Below, in pieces: positions 23,821-33,954 of a stretch of 64,000 nt of DNA (position 1 is the first letter of the stretch; each line of letters starts with the position of its first letter). Origin of the DNA: a virus; the IMG/VR virus record IMGVR_UViG_3300022555_000010, positions 87,774-151,773 of that record; one strand, 5' to 3'. Made by a program: the position numbers and the translations under genes. The notes beneath the pieces are model-generated. The model made no database searches. It was not told the DNA's origin and saw nothing but the letters and a program-made list of their open reading frames with translations.

Positions 23821-24453
23821 ATGAACGTAAAATTAGTATGGATCACACCGGACGCCGAGAAATTTATCGCTTATTGTGCAAGGGTTTCGAATCCGGCCAA
23901 CCAGGATAACCCGGATATTGAAGGTCTGATTCGGTATTGCATCAAGCACAAGCATTGGTCACCATTTCAGATGGCGAATGTCTGTGTCGAGGTAAATACG
24001 AGCCGGGCGATTACGGCTCAGATTGCCAGACACTCATCGTTGTCTATTCAGGAATTCAGTCAACGGTATGCCAAGGTTCAATCATTTGAGCCGATAGAAA
24101 TCAGGAGACAGGACACGAAGAACCGGCAGAATTCGATTGATGACTTGCCTGTTGACCTCAAGGAATGGTGGAAGACAGAATGTGATAAGGTCCTGGAAGG
24201 GGCATCAAAGTTGTATTCTGAGGCGGTGGCGAAGGGGATAGCGAAAGAGTGTGCCAGGTTTGTTCTCCCGATGGCGTCTTCGAGTCGTATGTATTTGAAT
24301 GGGAACGTCAGATCGTGGTTGCACTATCTTGAAGTGAGGACAGGGCCTGACACACAGAAGGAGCATCGGGATATTGCTTTTGCGATTAAGGACATTATGA
24401 CAGAACAGATGCCGTTGATAGCGAGGGCGACCGGGTGGACCGTTGATCATTAA
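23821..24453 (+). CDS. thyX: FAD-dependent thymidylate synthase
   Basis: HWSPF, QIARHSSLSIQEFSQRY, ECARFVLP, NVRSWLHYLEVR..TQKEHR; AGGAGA RBS. Confidence 0.93.
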   Translation: MNVKLVWITPDAEKFIAYCARVSNPANQDNPDIEGLIRYCIKHKHWSPFQMANVCVEVNTSRAITAQIARHSSLSIQEFSQRYAKVQSFEPIEIRRQDTKNRQNSIDDLPVDLKEWWKTECDKVLEGASKLYSEAVAKGIAKECARFVLPMASSSRMYLNGNVRSWLHYLEVRTGPDTQKEHRDIAFAIKDIMTEQMPLIARATGWTVDH

Positions 24454-24467
24454 TTATGAGATAATTT

Positions 24468-24553
24468 GCTCGGGTGGTGAAATGGCAGACACATCAGTTT
24501 GAGGGGCTGATGACCGCAAGGTCGTGGGGGTTCAAGTCCCCCTTCGAGCACCA
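24468..24553 (+). tRNA. tRNA-Leu(GAG)
   Basis: TCAGT-TTGAGGG-GCTGA, long arm, ACCA. Confidence 0.93.
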
Positions 24554-24562
24554 GGTTGAATT

Positions 24563-24646
24563 GCCGGTATGGTGAAATTGGCAGACACGTTAGCCTTAGA
24601 AGCTAATGCCGTAAGCGTGGGGGTTCAAGTCCCTCTACCGGCACCA
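24563..24646 (+). tRNA. tRNA-Leu(TAG)
   Basis: TTAGC-CTTAGAA-GCTAA, long arm, ACCA. Confidence 0.93.
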
Positions 24647-24847
24647 TTTAGAAAGAGAAGGTAAAGATGAAATGCTGTATATGTAACGAAGAAGTGGACA
24701 CAACGGTCAGTCAGATTCCTCCGACATGGTATGGAACATTTCGAGGTGAGAAGATGTTGGCAGTTATACACGACAAGTGTATTGAGGAGCCTGGAGTCCG
24801 TGATCGCTGGATCAAGGGAGAGTTTTACGACCTTGCTAAAGAGTAAT

Positions 24848-24935
24848 GGAAGAATGCTGTAATTGGTTAGCAGGCATCGTTGGAAACGATGTGTGGTGAA
24901 AGCCATTGTGAGTTCGAGTCTCACTTCTTCCGCCA
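24848..24935 (+). tRNA. tRNA-Ser(GGA)
   Basis: CATCG-TTGGAAA-CGATG, long arm, GCCA. Confidence 0.92.
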
Positions 24936-25276
24936 CAAAAAGGATGATATGAATAACACTTACGATATTAAGGTTTCTTCTCCCCTATTAAGACCAGGGA
25001 TGGTCATCAGGACAACGTGTAGTGAGAAATATGTTGTCCCGGTCGTCAATAAAATGATGGATATGGTTCGGGAGATTAATACTCCGAAGCCGGAGAAAGG
25101 GAAGAAGAAATGACATACGAACAAGTATTTACAAAAGAGGCTGTGGAACAGATGGTCAAGGATGAGTTGACTGTTCCGACGAAGGAAAGGATGACCTGCA
25201 CGACTTGTGCGGATAATCAGACCTGTGAATTCGCCTGGGATCTTTATAATACGGATGGGGATTGTCTGGCGGTAAA

Positions 25277-25570
25277 ATGAAGACCGAGGAAAGACAAGAA
25301 TGGGTTTATCGTTCCGGGCTTAAGCCTGAATGGGTTTATTGTGTCTATCTCTTGGAGTGTAAGGACAAGACTCTGTATTGTGGGATCACCAAGGACATTG
25401 TGAGGCGTTTAAGACAGCACAATGCCGGCAAGGGGGCCAAATACACTCGGGGCCGACTACCAGTCAGTATTTTAAGACGGAGTGTCCTGATGGGGCACGG
25501 AGATGCCTTGAGGCTTGAAATGAAGATCAAGAAGCTGCCTCGGGATCAGAAATTGGCCGCCTTGTTGTGA
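25277..25570 (+). CDS. GIY-YIG nuclease (UPF0213-like)
   Basis: VYLLECKDKTLYCGITKDIVRRLRQHNAGKGAKYTRGRLP. Confidence 0.9.
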   Translation: MKTEERQEWVYRSGLKPEWVYCVYLLECKDKTLYCGITKDIVRRLRQHNAGKGAKYTRGRLPVSILRRSVLMGHGDALRLEMKIKKLPRDQKLAALL

Positions 25571-25827
25571 AAAGTAAGTTCGAGATTGCTCACGTCTTTG
25601 GGAAGTCTTGCAGAAAGTGTAGAAAAATTTACAGTTCTTGCAAGGTTTGTCCTGATTGTCAGGGAGATGTGGTTGTTGTGATGTGTCCGGTAAAGGTTCC
25701 CAGGGGTTGCATTTTGGTGTGGGATGATGGTACAGTACCCGGAAATGATTTTTGGGCTGAGATGTCTGATCTCGAATTTGGGATGTTTCAAGAGGCGATT
25801 GTTCATAAGAGGCCTGGAAGAAGTTGA
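25567..25827 (+). CDS. Zn-finger hypothetical protein
   Basis: CRKC...CPDC. Confidence 0.5.
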   Translation: MKSKFEIAHVFGKSCRKCRKIYSSCKVCPDCQGDVVVVMCPVKVPRGCILVWDDGTVPGNDFWAEMSDLEFGMFQEAIVHKRPGRS

Positions 25828-25834
25828 TTTTTTT

Positions 25835-25909
25835 GCGTCGTTAATTCAGTGGTAGAATGACTCGTTGCCAACGAGTATGTCATCGGTTCAAGCCCGATAC
25901 GACGCTCCA
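25835..25909 (+). tRNA. tRNA-Gly(GCC)
   Basis: ACTCG-TTGCCAA-CGAGT, TCCA. Confidence 0.95.
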
Positions 25910-25931
25910 AAACTAAAAGGAGAAACAAGGT

Positions 25932-26456
25932 ATGAAGAAGATTGGCACATTGATTGGATGGGGTTGGTTGGGTGGGGTTGTATTGGCTGGAATTCTGATG
26001 GTTGGGTGTACTCAGCCACAGGTGCAAGCCGTTGCTACGCAGGCAGGTATGGTGGCATCGGTTCTCTGGATTGGGGCGGACAATCCGACTCCGGATCAGA
26101 AAATGGTGGCAGCAACTATTGTCTCTCAGATCAAAAAGAGTTCAGCGACTATTTCGGCAAGTAATAGTACATATTACGCGGTGTTGTCCCCGGTGATTGA
26201 TGCTTACATTGCGAAGAATGTTGTGTCGAATCAGGTCGCGATCGCGAAGATTACTGAGATCTGGGTATTGACGAGTATTGACACGATGTTTGCGATGAAT
26301 ACATCCTGGATGGGAAATGTTTCGATGGTATCGATAGGGGTGACATCTTTTTGTGATGGGGCACAGGTTGGTTTGGGATTACCGGCAGACAGTCCGGCGA
26401 TCAAGGCGATTACCCAGGGATCGAAAGCTCGGAAGGTGGCTCTCAAATTGAAATAG
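25932..26456 (+). CDS. putative lipoprotein
   Basis: MKK plus hydrophobic stretch plus lipobox-like MVGC; AGGAG RBS. Confidence 0.6.
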   Translation: MKKIGTLIGWGWLGGVVLAGILMVGCTQPQVQAVATQAGMVASVLWIGADNPTPDQKMVAATIVSQIKKSSATISASNSTYYAVLSPVIDAYIAKNVVSNQVAIAKITEIWVLTSIDTMFAMNTSWMGNVSMVSIGVTSFCDGAQVGLGLPADSPAIKAITQGSKARKVALKLK

Positions 26457-26480
26457 CCTTTTCTGGGTGATGATGGATTG

Positions 26481-26519
26481 AAGGCCGGCAGGTGGGAACA
26501 CTTGTCGGCTTTTTGTTTT
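26481..26519 (+). terminator. intrinsic terminator
   Basis: AAGGCCGGCAGGTG-ggaa-CACTTGTCGGCTTT plus T run. Confidence 0.8.
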
Positions 26520-26605
26520 ACTGTGCGGAATCTTTTATATTTCTCTCATAGTTGAAGGCCAAACTCCGGGATCGGGGTGGGGCATAATTCTATTTAAGGA
26601 CGACC

Positions 26606-28564
26606 ATGAGAGTATATCGAAGTAAGATGCGGTTCTTCTGTGCTCCGCTAAAGGCTTATATTCCTGTCGGGGCGACAATTGCTCGATATGAATATGCTGT
26701 CCGTTTGGTCATCAATTTAGATCCTACCGGGATTACAACGGATGAGCTTCTTGGCATTGGGATGGTTGTTGAGGACCCGGAAGAAGTCAAGTGGTTCTAC
26801 AAACTTGAGCCGCCACCGTTTGGAGATGACACGGGGCATTTTGTCTATCTTGAATCTTATCCTGAAGATTCTTATGGAAATGTGGAAGCTGGTGGGGCCG
26901 GATTCCAAGGACCTCAAGGTCCGGCAGGTTCAGGCGGTGGTGGGGTACAAGGACCTCAAGGTCCGGCAGGTTCAGGCGGTGGTGGGGTACAAGGACCTCA
27001 AGGTGTTCGTGGGGTGAATGGATCGGCTGGCACTCAAGGCACTCAGGGATTTCAAGGTCATCAAGGTAATCAGGGTTCACAGGGCAATCAAGGCGTTGGG
27101 GGTTCACCCGGATCTATTGGGACACAAGGCAATCAGGGTTTTGTGGGAGTTATTGGTCTTCAGGGTCTTCAAGGAAATCAAGGTTTGGTTGGAACTGGAA
27201 CACAAGGGCCGGCTGGCAATCCAGGAGGACCACAAGGTAATCAGGGACTACAAGGTATTACTGGTAATGATGGTAGTCCTGGCGGGTATCAGGGGCCGCA
27301 AGGCAAGCAAGGTATTCAAGGATTACAAGGTAATGGGATTCAAGGATTCCAAGGTCTTCAGGGAACAACGGGATCGTCTGGTGGTTCTGGTTCACAAGGG
27401 TCACAAGGTAATCAAGGTTTGGTTGGAACTGGAACACAAGGTTCTCAGGGGACACAAGGTTCTCAGGGGAATCAAGGTTCTCAGGGGAATGTCGGTATTC
27501 AGGGAAATGCAGGCTTTACAGGTGCTACTGGTCTTCAAGGTTCTCAGGGGCCACAAGGACTGCAAGGTTCTACTGGTCTTCAAGGCTTCCAAGGGCATCA
27601 GGGATTCCAGGGAAATCAGGGGTTTCAGGGAAATCAAGGTCTTCAAGGATTTCAGGGACTTCAAGGGTTGCAAGGGTTGCAAGGTGCTGATGGTCAGCAA
27701 GGTTTTCAAGGTAATCGGGGAGTTGTGGGATCATCCGGATCTCAAGGCAACCAGGGATCTCAAGGATTTCAGAGTTCTGTTGGTGTTCAAGGAAACCAAG
27801 GATTTCAGGGTATTCCAGGGACTGTGGCAGGACCACAAGGTGTTCAAGGGAACACGGGATCTGCGGGAGGCACCGGTCTTCAAGGTAATCAAGGATTTCA
27901 AGGATATCAGGGAACTGGGGTTCAAGGAACGACAGGTGCTACTGGGGTTCAAGGTAATCAAGGTTTCCAAGGTTTTCAGGGAACAACGGGATTAATAGGT
28001 CCTCAAGGATTTCAGGGATTCCAAGGTTATCAGGGATTCCAAGGATTACAAGGAACAGGTCCTCAAGGTGTTCAGGGATTCCAAGGTTATCAGGGATTCC
28101 AAGGATTACAAGGAACAGGTCCTCAAGGTGTTCAAGGATTCCAAGGGCTACAGAGTAGTGTTGGATTACAAGGACTTCAGGGGCCATTAGGCACTCAGGG
28201 TAATGTTGGTACGACAGGACCGCAGGGTGGCGTAGGATTTTCTTCAATTGTGCCTTTGGGAAGTGTTTCGGGGAATGTCAATACGGACATGAGGCTGGGG
28301 AACATTTTCAAGGCAACGCTTACGGGTAATATAACATTGATGAATCCGACCGGGTATGTTGATGGGCAATCTATCAGTTGGTATTTGAAACAGGATGGTT
28401 CTGGAGGACATGGAATCACCTTAGATTCGAAAATCAATATCCCGACGAGTGCTTCTAGCCCACTTTCGTTTTCAACTGATCCAGGCAAGATGGATATTTT
28501 AGTTGTCAGGTACGATGGTGCCGCAGACAAGTTTCAAGTTCTATCTATGGTCCCAGGGTATTGA
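26606..28564 (+). CDS. collagen-like fibre protein (module 1)
   Basis: Long G-x-Q triplet run with internal 42- and 60-nt duplications; C-terminal domain ending FQVLSMVPGY. Confidence 0.85.
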   Translation: MRVYRSKMRFFCAPLKAYIPVGATIARYEYAVRLVINLDPTGITTDELLGIGMVVEDPEEVKWFYKLEPPPFGDDTGHFVYLESYPEDSYGNVEAGGAGFQGPQGPAGSGGGGVQGPQGPAGSGGGGVQGPQGVRGVNGSAGTQGTQGFQGHQGNQGSQGNQGVGGSPGSIGTQGNQGFVGVIGLQGLQGNQGLVGTGTQGPAGNPGGPQGNQGLQGITGNDGSPGGYQGPQGKQGIQGLQGNGIQGFQGLQGTTGSSGGSGSQGSQGNQGLVGTGTQGSQGTQGSQGNQGSQGNVGIQGNAGFTGATGLQGSQGPQGLQGSTGLQGFQGHQGFQGNQGFQGNQGLQGFQGLQGLQGLQGADGQQGFQGNRGVVGSSGSQGNQGSQGFQSSVGVQGNQGFQGIPGTVAGPQGVQGNTGSAGGTGLQGNQGFQGYQGTGVQGTTGATGVQGNQGFQGFQGTTGLIGPQGFQGFQGYQGFQGLQGTGPQGVQGFQGYQGFQGLQGTGPQGVQGFQGLQSSVGLQGLQGPLGTQGNVGTTGPQGGVGFSSIVPLGSVSGNVNTDMRLGNIFKATLTGNITLMNPTGYVDGQSISWYLKQDGSGGHGITLDSKINIPTSASSPLSFSTDPGKMDILVVRYDGAADKFQVLSMVPGY

Positions 28565-28575
28565 GGAGGCTAATT

Positions 28576-31032
28576 ATGGCAACTCTCTACTTTCAGGATA
28601 CGAGATCACCGGGTCCAGCAGATTATGCGTGGGATACTGCTGGAAACTGGTGGCATAGTTGTGACAATTTAGGGGTCGTTTCAAATCCCAATGGGGCGAT
28701 CCCGCTTGTAAATGACAACATCTATATTGTCGGACAAATGGACCACGGACCATCAGTTCCTATAAGTCTTATCGCGATTAATGTTGGAGCAATAAGGTAT
28801 GGTGGTGCTTATGTGCCAGTAGGAGGAACATTCCAAGTCGATTGCACTCGTGCATCAACTGATGAAATCATGTTTAGGGGATGGTCGAGTAATAAGGGGT
28901 CAATCTATCATTCTTCGTTTTACGATTATGCTGGAAATCAACCAACCGGAATAATTTACGGTTGGGGATATTTCAATCAAGGGTCATTTAACGAAGGAGA
29001 GATCATTGGAGATGGTGGATATTTCGCAAACGACTCCATGAATGGAACTTTGGCACATATCAATGGAAGTGGAAGTTTTGACAATAACTCGGCGAATCTG
29101 GGACTCATAGACTTTTTCTCAGTCTTCTATGAAAACACTTTCAATGATGCCACAGGATCAATTGGAAGCGGGGAGTTTTTCGACACTTCGTTTAATGCTG
29201 GTATTTGCCTGAAGAGAATTGTAGGAGGAATCCCATTCAGTTCCGGGGATGCTATTTTCTATAGCACTTCATACAATCACACCACGGGGGATGTTCAGGG
29301 AACAGCATCCTATTACAATGACACAATCAATTATTCAAATACATATCCAAGTGTCCGGCACGCAGAGTTCTATGACTCGTCAATAAATGAGTATGGTTCG
29401 AGCATATCGGATGCTCTTTTCTATAACAATTCCAATAACAATGGCCAGGTAGGGTCATCACAATTTTGGAATAACTCGTTTAATGCCAACTATGGGGTGC
29501 TTATAACGACTTCGGAATTCCATGACTCGGCATACAATCAAACATTGAATTCGGGCGGGACCGAGGTTGTTTATTTTTATGATTATTCGTTCAACAATGG
29601 GAGAGCGGGAACTTGTTATTTTGAAAACTATTCCGTAAATCATGGTTATGGATTGTATGTTTACTTTGACGATTATTCATACAACTACAGTTATGGTGCT
29701 GCGGCGACAGGCGTGTTCAGGAGTGGAGACACATATAATTCTGGTGAAGTTGATACCGGGTATTTTCATCTGTCGTCTCAGAACTTTGGATACCTTTGGA
29801 ATTATGCGGAATTTTACGATACTTCGGAAAATCACGGTCCGTATGTGTATGGATTGACTACGACTTGTTATTTCTACAATGCTTCAAAGAACTTTGCACA
29901 TGAATATGCTGGATATTTCTATTCAACATCTGAGAACCAAGGTTCTGTAGACCATGCAGAGTTTCACGATAGTTCATACAACACAGTGGATGTTGGATAT
30001 GATGTTTCATTCTTTGACACGTCACATAATGCTGTGGGTGGATGGATCGGGTCAAGGGGATGGGGGACTGTCAATTTTTATGGATCATCGGTAAATTATG
30101 GTTATGTCCAATATGAGGCATATTTTGAAAACACCTCAATTAATGACACGACAGGGTTAGTCGTAACTGGGCATTTTGACACGACATCTTACAATTTGGG
30201 AACAGTAACTACGGGAACATTCAATAATAGTTCGTCGAATCGTTTGGGTGGCCATGTGTCTACGGGGGATTTCCACAATACGACTTACAATGCGGGGATA
30301 ACTGATTCCGGGTCGTTTTATGATACGGCCTACAATTCACATCAGGTGGGTTCTGGTTATTTTCATAATTCTTCTAAAAATACTGGGAGTGTTGAGACGG
30401 GGGAATTTCACGATTCGGCGTATAATGACACGACAGGAACTTGTAGTCCAAATGATGCCCTGTTTTATGACACTTCTCAAAATCGCGGTATCGCGGATTC
30501 AGCCGATTTTTACGACTCATCGCAAATGACGGCTCCGGGATCTTGTAGTACTGCCAACTTTTGGGCATCCTCAAAGAATTACGGAAGTGGCAACTCTTGT
30601 TCTTTTCACGACACTTCTGAGAATCACGGGACGATTCCGACACTTGCCGGTTTCTATGATTCGTCGTTGAATAAGCACTTAATACCTACAGGGGTTTTCC
30701 ATCATAATTCAACCAATCATACGAGTGGAACGGTTACGGCTGCGACATTCTATGATTTTTCAGGAAACAATGGAGCGGTCAACAATTCGGTATTCAATAA
30801 TGACTCATACAATGGATTGACCGGGAATGTTTCAGGGACGGCGACGATGAGGGATTCAAGTTATTCGATGAATACATCAGGAATGACGACAAAGGTATGG
30901 AGAGATACCGGGAATGTAATCGTTCCAGAACTTCATCAGGTAGCACCAGGAGTTCATTATGGGACGGGGCTGGCTCAAGTTGGGACAGCGAAGAATGGAA
31001 TAAGGGGGACAGGAGTCCTCGGATTTTTATAA
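28576..31032 (+). CDS. beta-solenoid repeat protein (putative fibre/receptor-binding)
   Basis: Repeats of about 17-19 aa, N-x-G-x-V...F-Y/H-D-x-S-x; GAGGAGG RBS. Confidence 0.7.
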   Translation: MATLYFQDTRSPGPADYAWDTAGNWWHSCDNLGVVSNPNGAIPLVNDNIYIVGQMDHGPSVPISLIAINVGAIRYGGAYVPVGGTFQVDCTRASTDEIMFRGWSSNKGSIYHSSFYDYAGNQPTGIIYGWGYFNQGSFNEGEIIGDGGYFANDSMNGTLAHINGSGSFDNNSANLGLIDFFSVFYENTFNDATGSIGSGEFFDTSFNAGICLKRIVGGIPFSSGDAIFYSTSYNHTTGDVQGTASYYNDTINYSNTYPSVRHAEFYDSSINEYGSSISDALFYNNSNNNGQVGSSQFWNNSFNANYGVLITTSEFHDSAYNQTLNSGGTEVVYFYDYSFNNGRAGTCYFENYSVNHGYGLYVYFDDYSYNYSYGAAATGVFRSGDTYNSGEVDTGYFHLSSQNFGYLWNYAEFYDTSENHGPYVYGLTTTCYFYNASKNFAHEYAGYFYSTSENQGSVDHAEFHDSSYNTVDVGYDVSFFDTSHNAVGGWIGSRGWGTVNFYGSSVNYGYVQYEAYFENTSINDTTGLVVTGHFDTTSYNLGTVTTGTFNNSSSNRLGGHVSTGDFHNTTYNAGITDSGSFYDTAYNSHQVGSGYFHNSSKNTGSVETGEFHDSAYNDTTGTCSPNDALFYDTSQNRGIADSADFYDSSQMTAPGSCSTANFWASSKNYGSGNSCSFHDTSENHGTIPTLAGFYDSSLNKHLIPTGVFHHNSTNHTSGTVTAATFYDFSGNNGAVNNSVFNNDSYNGLTGNVSGTATMRDSSYSMNTSGMTTKVWRDTGNVIVPELHQVAPGVHYGTGLAQVGTAKNGIRGTGVLGFL

Positions 31033-31051
31033 GTAAAAAGGAGAAGAGACA

Positions 31052-31489
31052 ATGCAAGTAGACATCAATAAGACAGTAAGTTACGAGGTTGCAAAGGTTG
31101 AGGTAATGGGGGTCAACATCGGCAAGAATGCAGACGGAAGCATGATCTTCATGGTCCCGTATTGTTGGTTGGCAGCAGATGGTTCTGTCATTCGGCAGAA
31201 TACTGGTCGTTATTCCGCTGCGGAATTGACCGCAGCCCTGGGTGGAGGCCAAGATGCGATAGATATGATGACAAAGATTGCATCTCTATTCCCGGAAGGA
31301 GATCGTCCTTCTTTGAGTATTAGGACAATGCTGGACAAGGTTGTGGTATATGCAGGGCACAATGAGACGGTAGACGGCAAGCCGAAGCCCGTTGTCGTTC
31401 AGTACACTGACGCGGATCTTACGGCCAAGGGTGTGACTGAGGCGATGATTGTCGCTGTGATTCAACAGTTGGCAGTGGTATTGGTATAA
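31052..31489 (+). CDS. fibre-module small protein, paralog of 54771-55214
   Basis: TVSY.VA.V.V...I.K..DG...M.PY.WL shared. Confidence 0.65.
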   Translation: MQVDINKTVSYEVAKVEVMGVNIGKNADGSMIFMVPYCWLAADGSVIRQNTGRYSAAELTAALGGGQDAIDMMTKIASLFPEGDRPSLSIRTMLDKVVVYAGHNETVDGKPKPVVVQYTDADLTAKGVTEAMIVAVIQQLAVVLV

Positions 31490-31543
31490 TAAATCGGTCA
31501 GGACTTCAGGCATCTAAATGGTGCCTGGGGACTGAGGAGAATT

Positions 31544-32755
31544 ATGGCTAATATATACTTTGAGGATAAACAGGGATCACCAGACTACAAATGGGACACG
31601 GTTGTTAATTGGTGGACAGATACTGCTCGGACTATTTCAGCAGGAGCACTCCCTATTGCGGGAGACTCAATATTCATTGCAGGTGGAATACATCATGGTC
31701 CTTCTGTTTCTCTGACATTCTCAAGTATTAAGGTTGCAGATGTTTCAACTGGCGGTGGGTCTTTTAATGCATTATTTACCGGGGCACTTGGACCAGTGTT
31801 TTTTTATGATCATACCTATAATTATGGAACACTCGACGATGCTACTTTCTATGATTACTCTGTGAACAATGGAACGGTAACTAATGGGGTTTTTAACAAT
31901 GATTCTTCGAATTTGCTGTATGCGACGAATGGAATATTTAACAACCAATCATTTAATAATGGTTTTTCGACGACAGGCACTTTTAATTCCGGTTCCAAAA
32001 ACTATTTCAATGTAACTACCGGAATTTTCAATGATTCGGCACGGAATATGGGTTCAGTATCTTCCGCAAAGTTTTATTTTATTGCAATCAACAACTCTTT
32101 TTTTGTATTGCCCGAAGGGGATTTTTACGGAATATCCTGGAATGAAAGTCAGGTGACTATTGGAAATTTTCATGATTCGGCTTCAAACCAGAATGGGGGA
32201 GGTTTGGTTACAACGGCCAATTTACATAACACTTCTTACAATATTGGGACAATTACAACTGGAAACTTTTACAATTCATCGTTGAATCATGTGATCTTCA
32301 CGATTCGTGGGATTGTAGGAACAGGTAATTTCTATGACACATCTGTAAATCAAGCAGATGCGACAACGGCGAATTTCCATAACAACTCTTATTACGATAT
32401 TGGATCTACAGCAACAACTGCAAATTTCTACGATATAACTTACAACTTGGGGACAGTTCCAACTGCAAATTTCTACGATGTGTCATATAATCTGGGAACG
32501 GTCACAACTGCGTTTTTTTACAACAATTCCTATAATGATATGGGAGGGACAGTTTCAGGGACTGCAACTTTTAGAGACTCAAGTTATGTAAAGGACACCA
32601 GTTCTGTCACGACGAAGGTATGGAGAGACACCGGGTTTATCACGCAGCCTGACCCAAGTAATGTTGTTGGAGGAACAGCATATGGGACAGGTTCAAGTTT
32701 GATGGGAACCAGGGGTAGTGGGATCAATGGGACCGGGTTTTCCGGAACATATTGA
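31544..32755 (+). CDS. beta-solenoid repeat protein, paralog of 28576-31032
   Basis: Shared N-terminus (YFED..G.PDY.WDT..NWW) and C-terminus (VSGTAT.RDSSY...TTKVWRDTG). Confidence 0.75.
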   Translation: MANIYFEDKQGSPDYKWDTVVNWWTDTARTISAGALPIAGDSIFIAGGIHHGPSVSLTFSSIKVADVSTGGGSFNALFTGALGPVFFYDHTYNYGTLDDATFYDYSVNNGTVTNGVFNNDSSNLLYATNGIFNNQSFNNGFSTTGTFNSGSKNYFNVTTGIFNDSARNMGSVSSAKFYFIAINNSFFVLPEGDFYGISWNESQVTIGNFHDSASNQNGGGLVTTANLHNTSYNIGTITTGNFYNSSLNHVIFTIRGIVGTGNFYDTSVNQADATTANFHNNSYYDIGSTATTANFYDITYNLGTVPTANFYDVSYNLGTVTTAFFYNNSYNDMGGTVSGTATFRDSSYVKDTSSVTTKVWRDTGFITQPDPSNVVGGTAYGTGSSLMGTRGSGINGTGFSGTY

Positions 32756-32833
32756 TTCTACCGCTTGACGGATATTGAATAGTGTTAGTAGACTAATTAG
32801 GTCGGAAGAGGCAAGTTTCTTGGACTAAATCTG

Positions 32834-33610
32834 ATGAGGTGGAATATGTTTGGAATAGAATTTTCGAGTGGTGTGTTGAAGGATAGGGCGGCCGGAGGTA
32901 TCATCGCCTCCATAATTCTTATTCTCCTATTGGTCGTCAAAAGATCGTGGAGAAAGATACGGATGGCATTTAGCCGGTTTGACACCACACATCCTGTTAT
33001 TTTAGAGGTGGAACAAAATTGGGATGTATACACAGACATCGTAGAGTTGAGAGCACTTGCGAATGCTGACCGGGCTTATGTCTTAGGATTTCATAACGGA
33101 ACGGAATTTCTGCCAAGTCGTCCGGTTTGGAAGCTAAGTTGCACTCATGAGGTTGTTAGACCGGGTGTATCCTATCAGGCGGCAAGGCTTCAGGGTATTC
33201 TCGTTTCATTGATTCCGGAAATCATTAGTGCGGTTCTTGCAGGTTCTTCTCATCATACAGGGATTATGACTCCGGAATGCACAGAGTGTAATCACAAAAT
33301 TCTTTGTCGGAAGAACAATAAGAGGGTTGTGGTATTCCAGGTCGAGGATATGGATGACAGTTTCAGCAAACACCATTTCGAGGAAAAGAACATCAAGACT
33401 ACGATTCTTGGCGGAATTACAAAGAATGGTTCAGTCAATGCGATGGTTGGCATAGATTATTGCGGTACAAGGCTTTCTGACGATCTGGTGAAAAAAATGA
33501 TAGCAATTGTTTGTCATTCAACAGATGTGGTTCAGTATCACTTACAATCAAAGAAAGATCAGGCTGGGACCAATAGTCCTGAACGTCCGATTCCTTCTTA
33601 TCCTGTTTAA
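32834..33610 (+). CDS. single-TM membrane protein with possible GAF-like domain
   Basis: N-terminal TM helix; ADRAYVLGFHNG...SCTHEVV; a holin role is speculative. Confidence 0.45.
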   Translation: MRWNMFGIEFSSGVLKDRAAGGIIASIILILLLVVKRSWRKIRMAFSRFDTTHPVILEVEQNWDVYTDIVELRALANADRAYVLGFHNGTEFLPSRPVWKLSCTHEVVRPGVSYQAARLQGILVSLIPEIISAVLAGSSHHTGIMTPECTECNHKILCRKNNKRVVVFQVEDMDDSFSKHHFEEKNIKTTILGGITKNGSVNAMVGIDYCGTRLSDDLVKKMIAIVCHSTDVVQYHLQSKKDQAGTNSPERPIPSYPV

Positions 33611-33649
33611 TTTTTGTCAAACAATTCTCATTCCGGCGTATAATGGGGA

Positions 33650-33946
33650 ATGGCAGCAATTGGTTGGACAGAAATAAGAGGACAGAAATTCTCCGAATCG
33701 GAAGCACGAGAGGCTTCCGACTTTAACGAGATTCTGTCCAATTTTGCTCTTGACCCCCAAATGGTATACACGTTATTTCATCAGGAGAACTTATCAGTGG
33801 CGAAACGGTTAGTTCTGGCTGAGACAATCCCACTGGATGAAGCATCGGCCATGTTATTTACGGATTCAGATTCAAGGATTAGAGAAGTTATTCAAGTTCG
33901 ATTACGGGAGGACAGGCTCAATGCCACCGGCAATATTATCTGTTGA
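33650..33946 (+). CDS. hypothetical protein
   Basis: TATAAT shortly before ATG (possibly leaderless). Confidence 0.55.
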   Translation: MAAIGWTEIRGQKFSESEAREASDFNEILSNFALDPQMVYTLFHQENLSVAKRLVLAETIPLDEASAMLFTDSDSRIREVIQVRLREDRLNATGNIIC

Positions 33947-33954
33947 GAGTAGTT

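Noticed and set aside
27018-27995. 325-aa alternative-frame ORF and several antisense ORFs over the collagen gene
   Set aside because: Artefact of repetitive codons lacking stops in other frames.
26900-28230. Dense CAAGG/CAGGG repeats resembling a CRISPR array or satellite (also 52940-53345)
   Set aside because: They are the Gly-x-Gln collagen coding pattern, with no constant repeat plus unique spacer structure.
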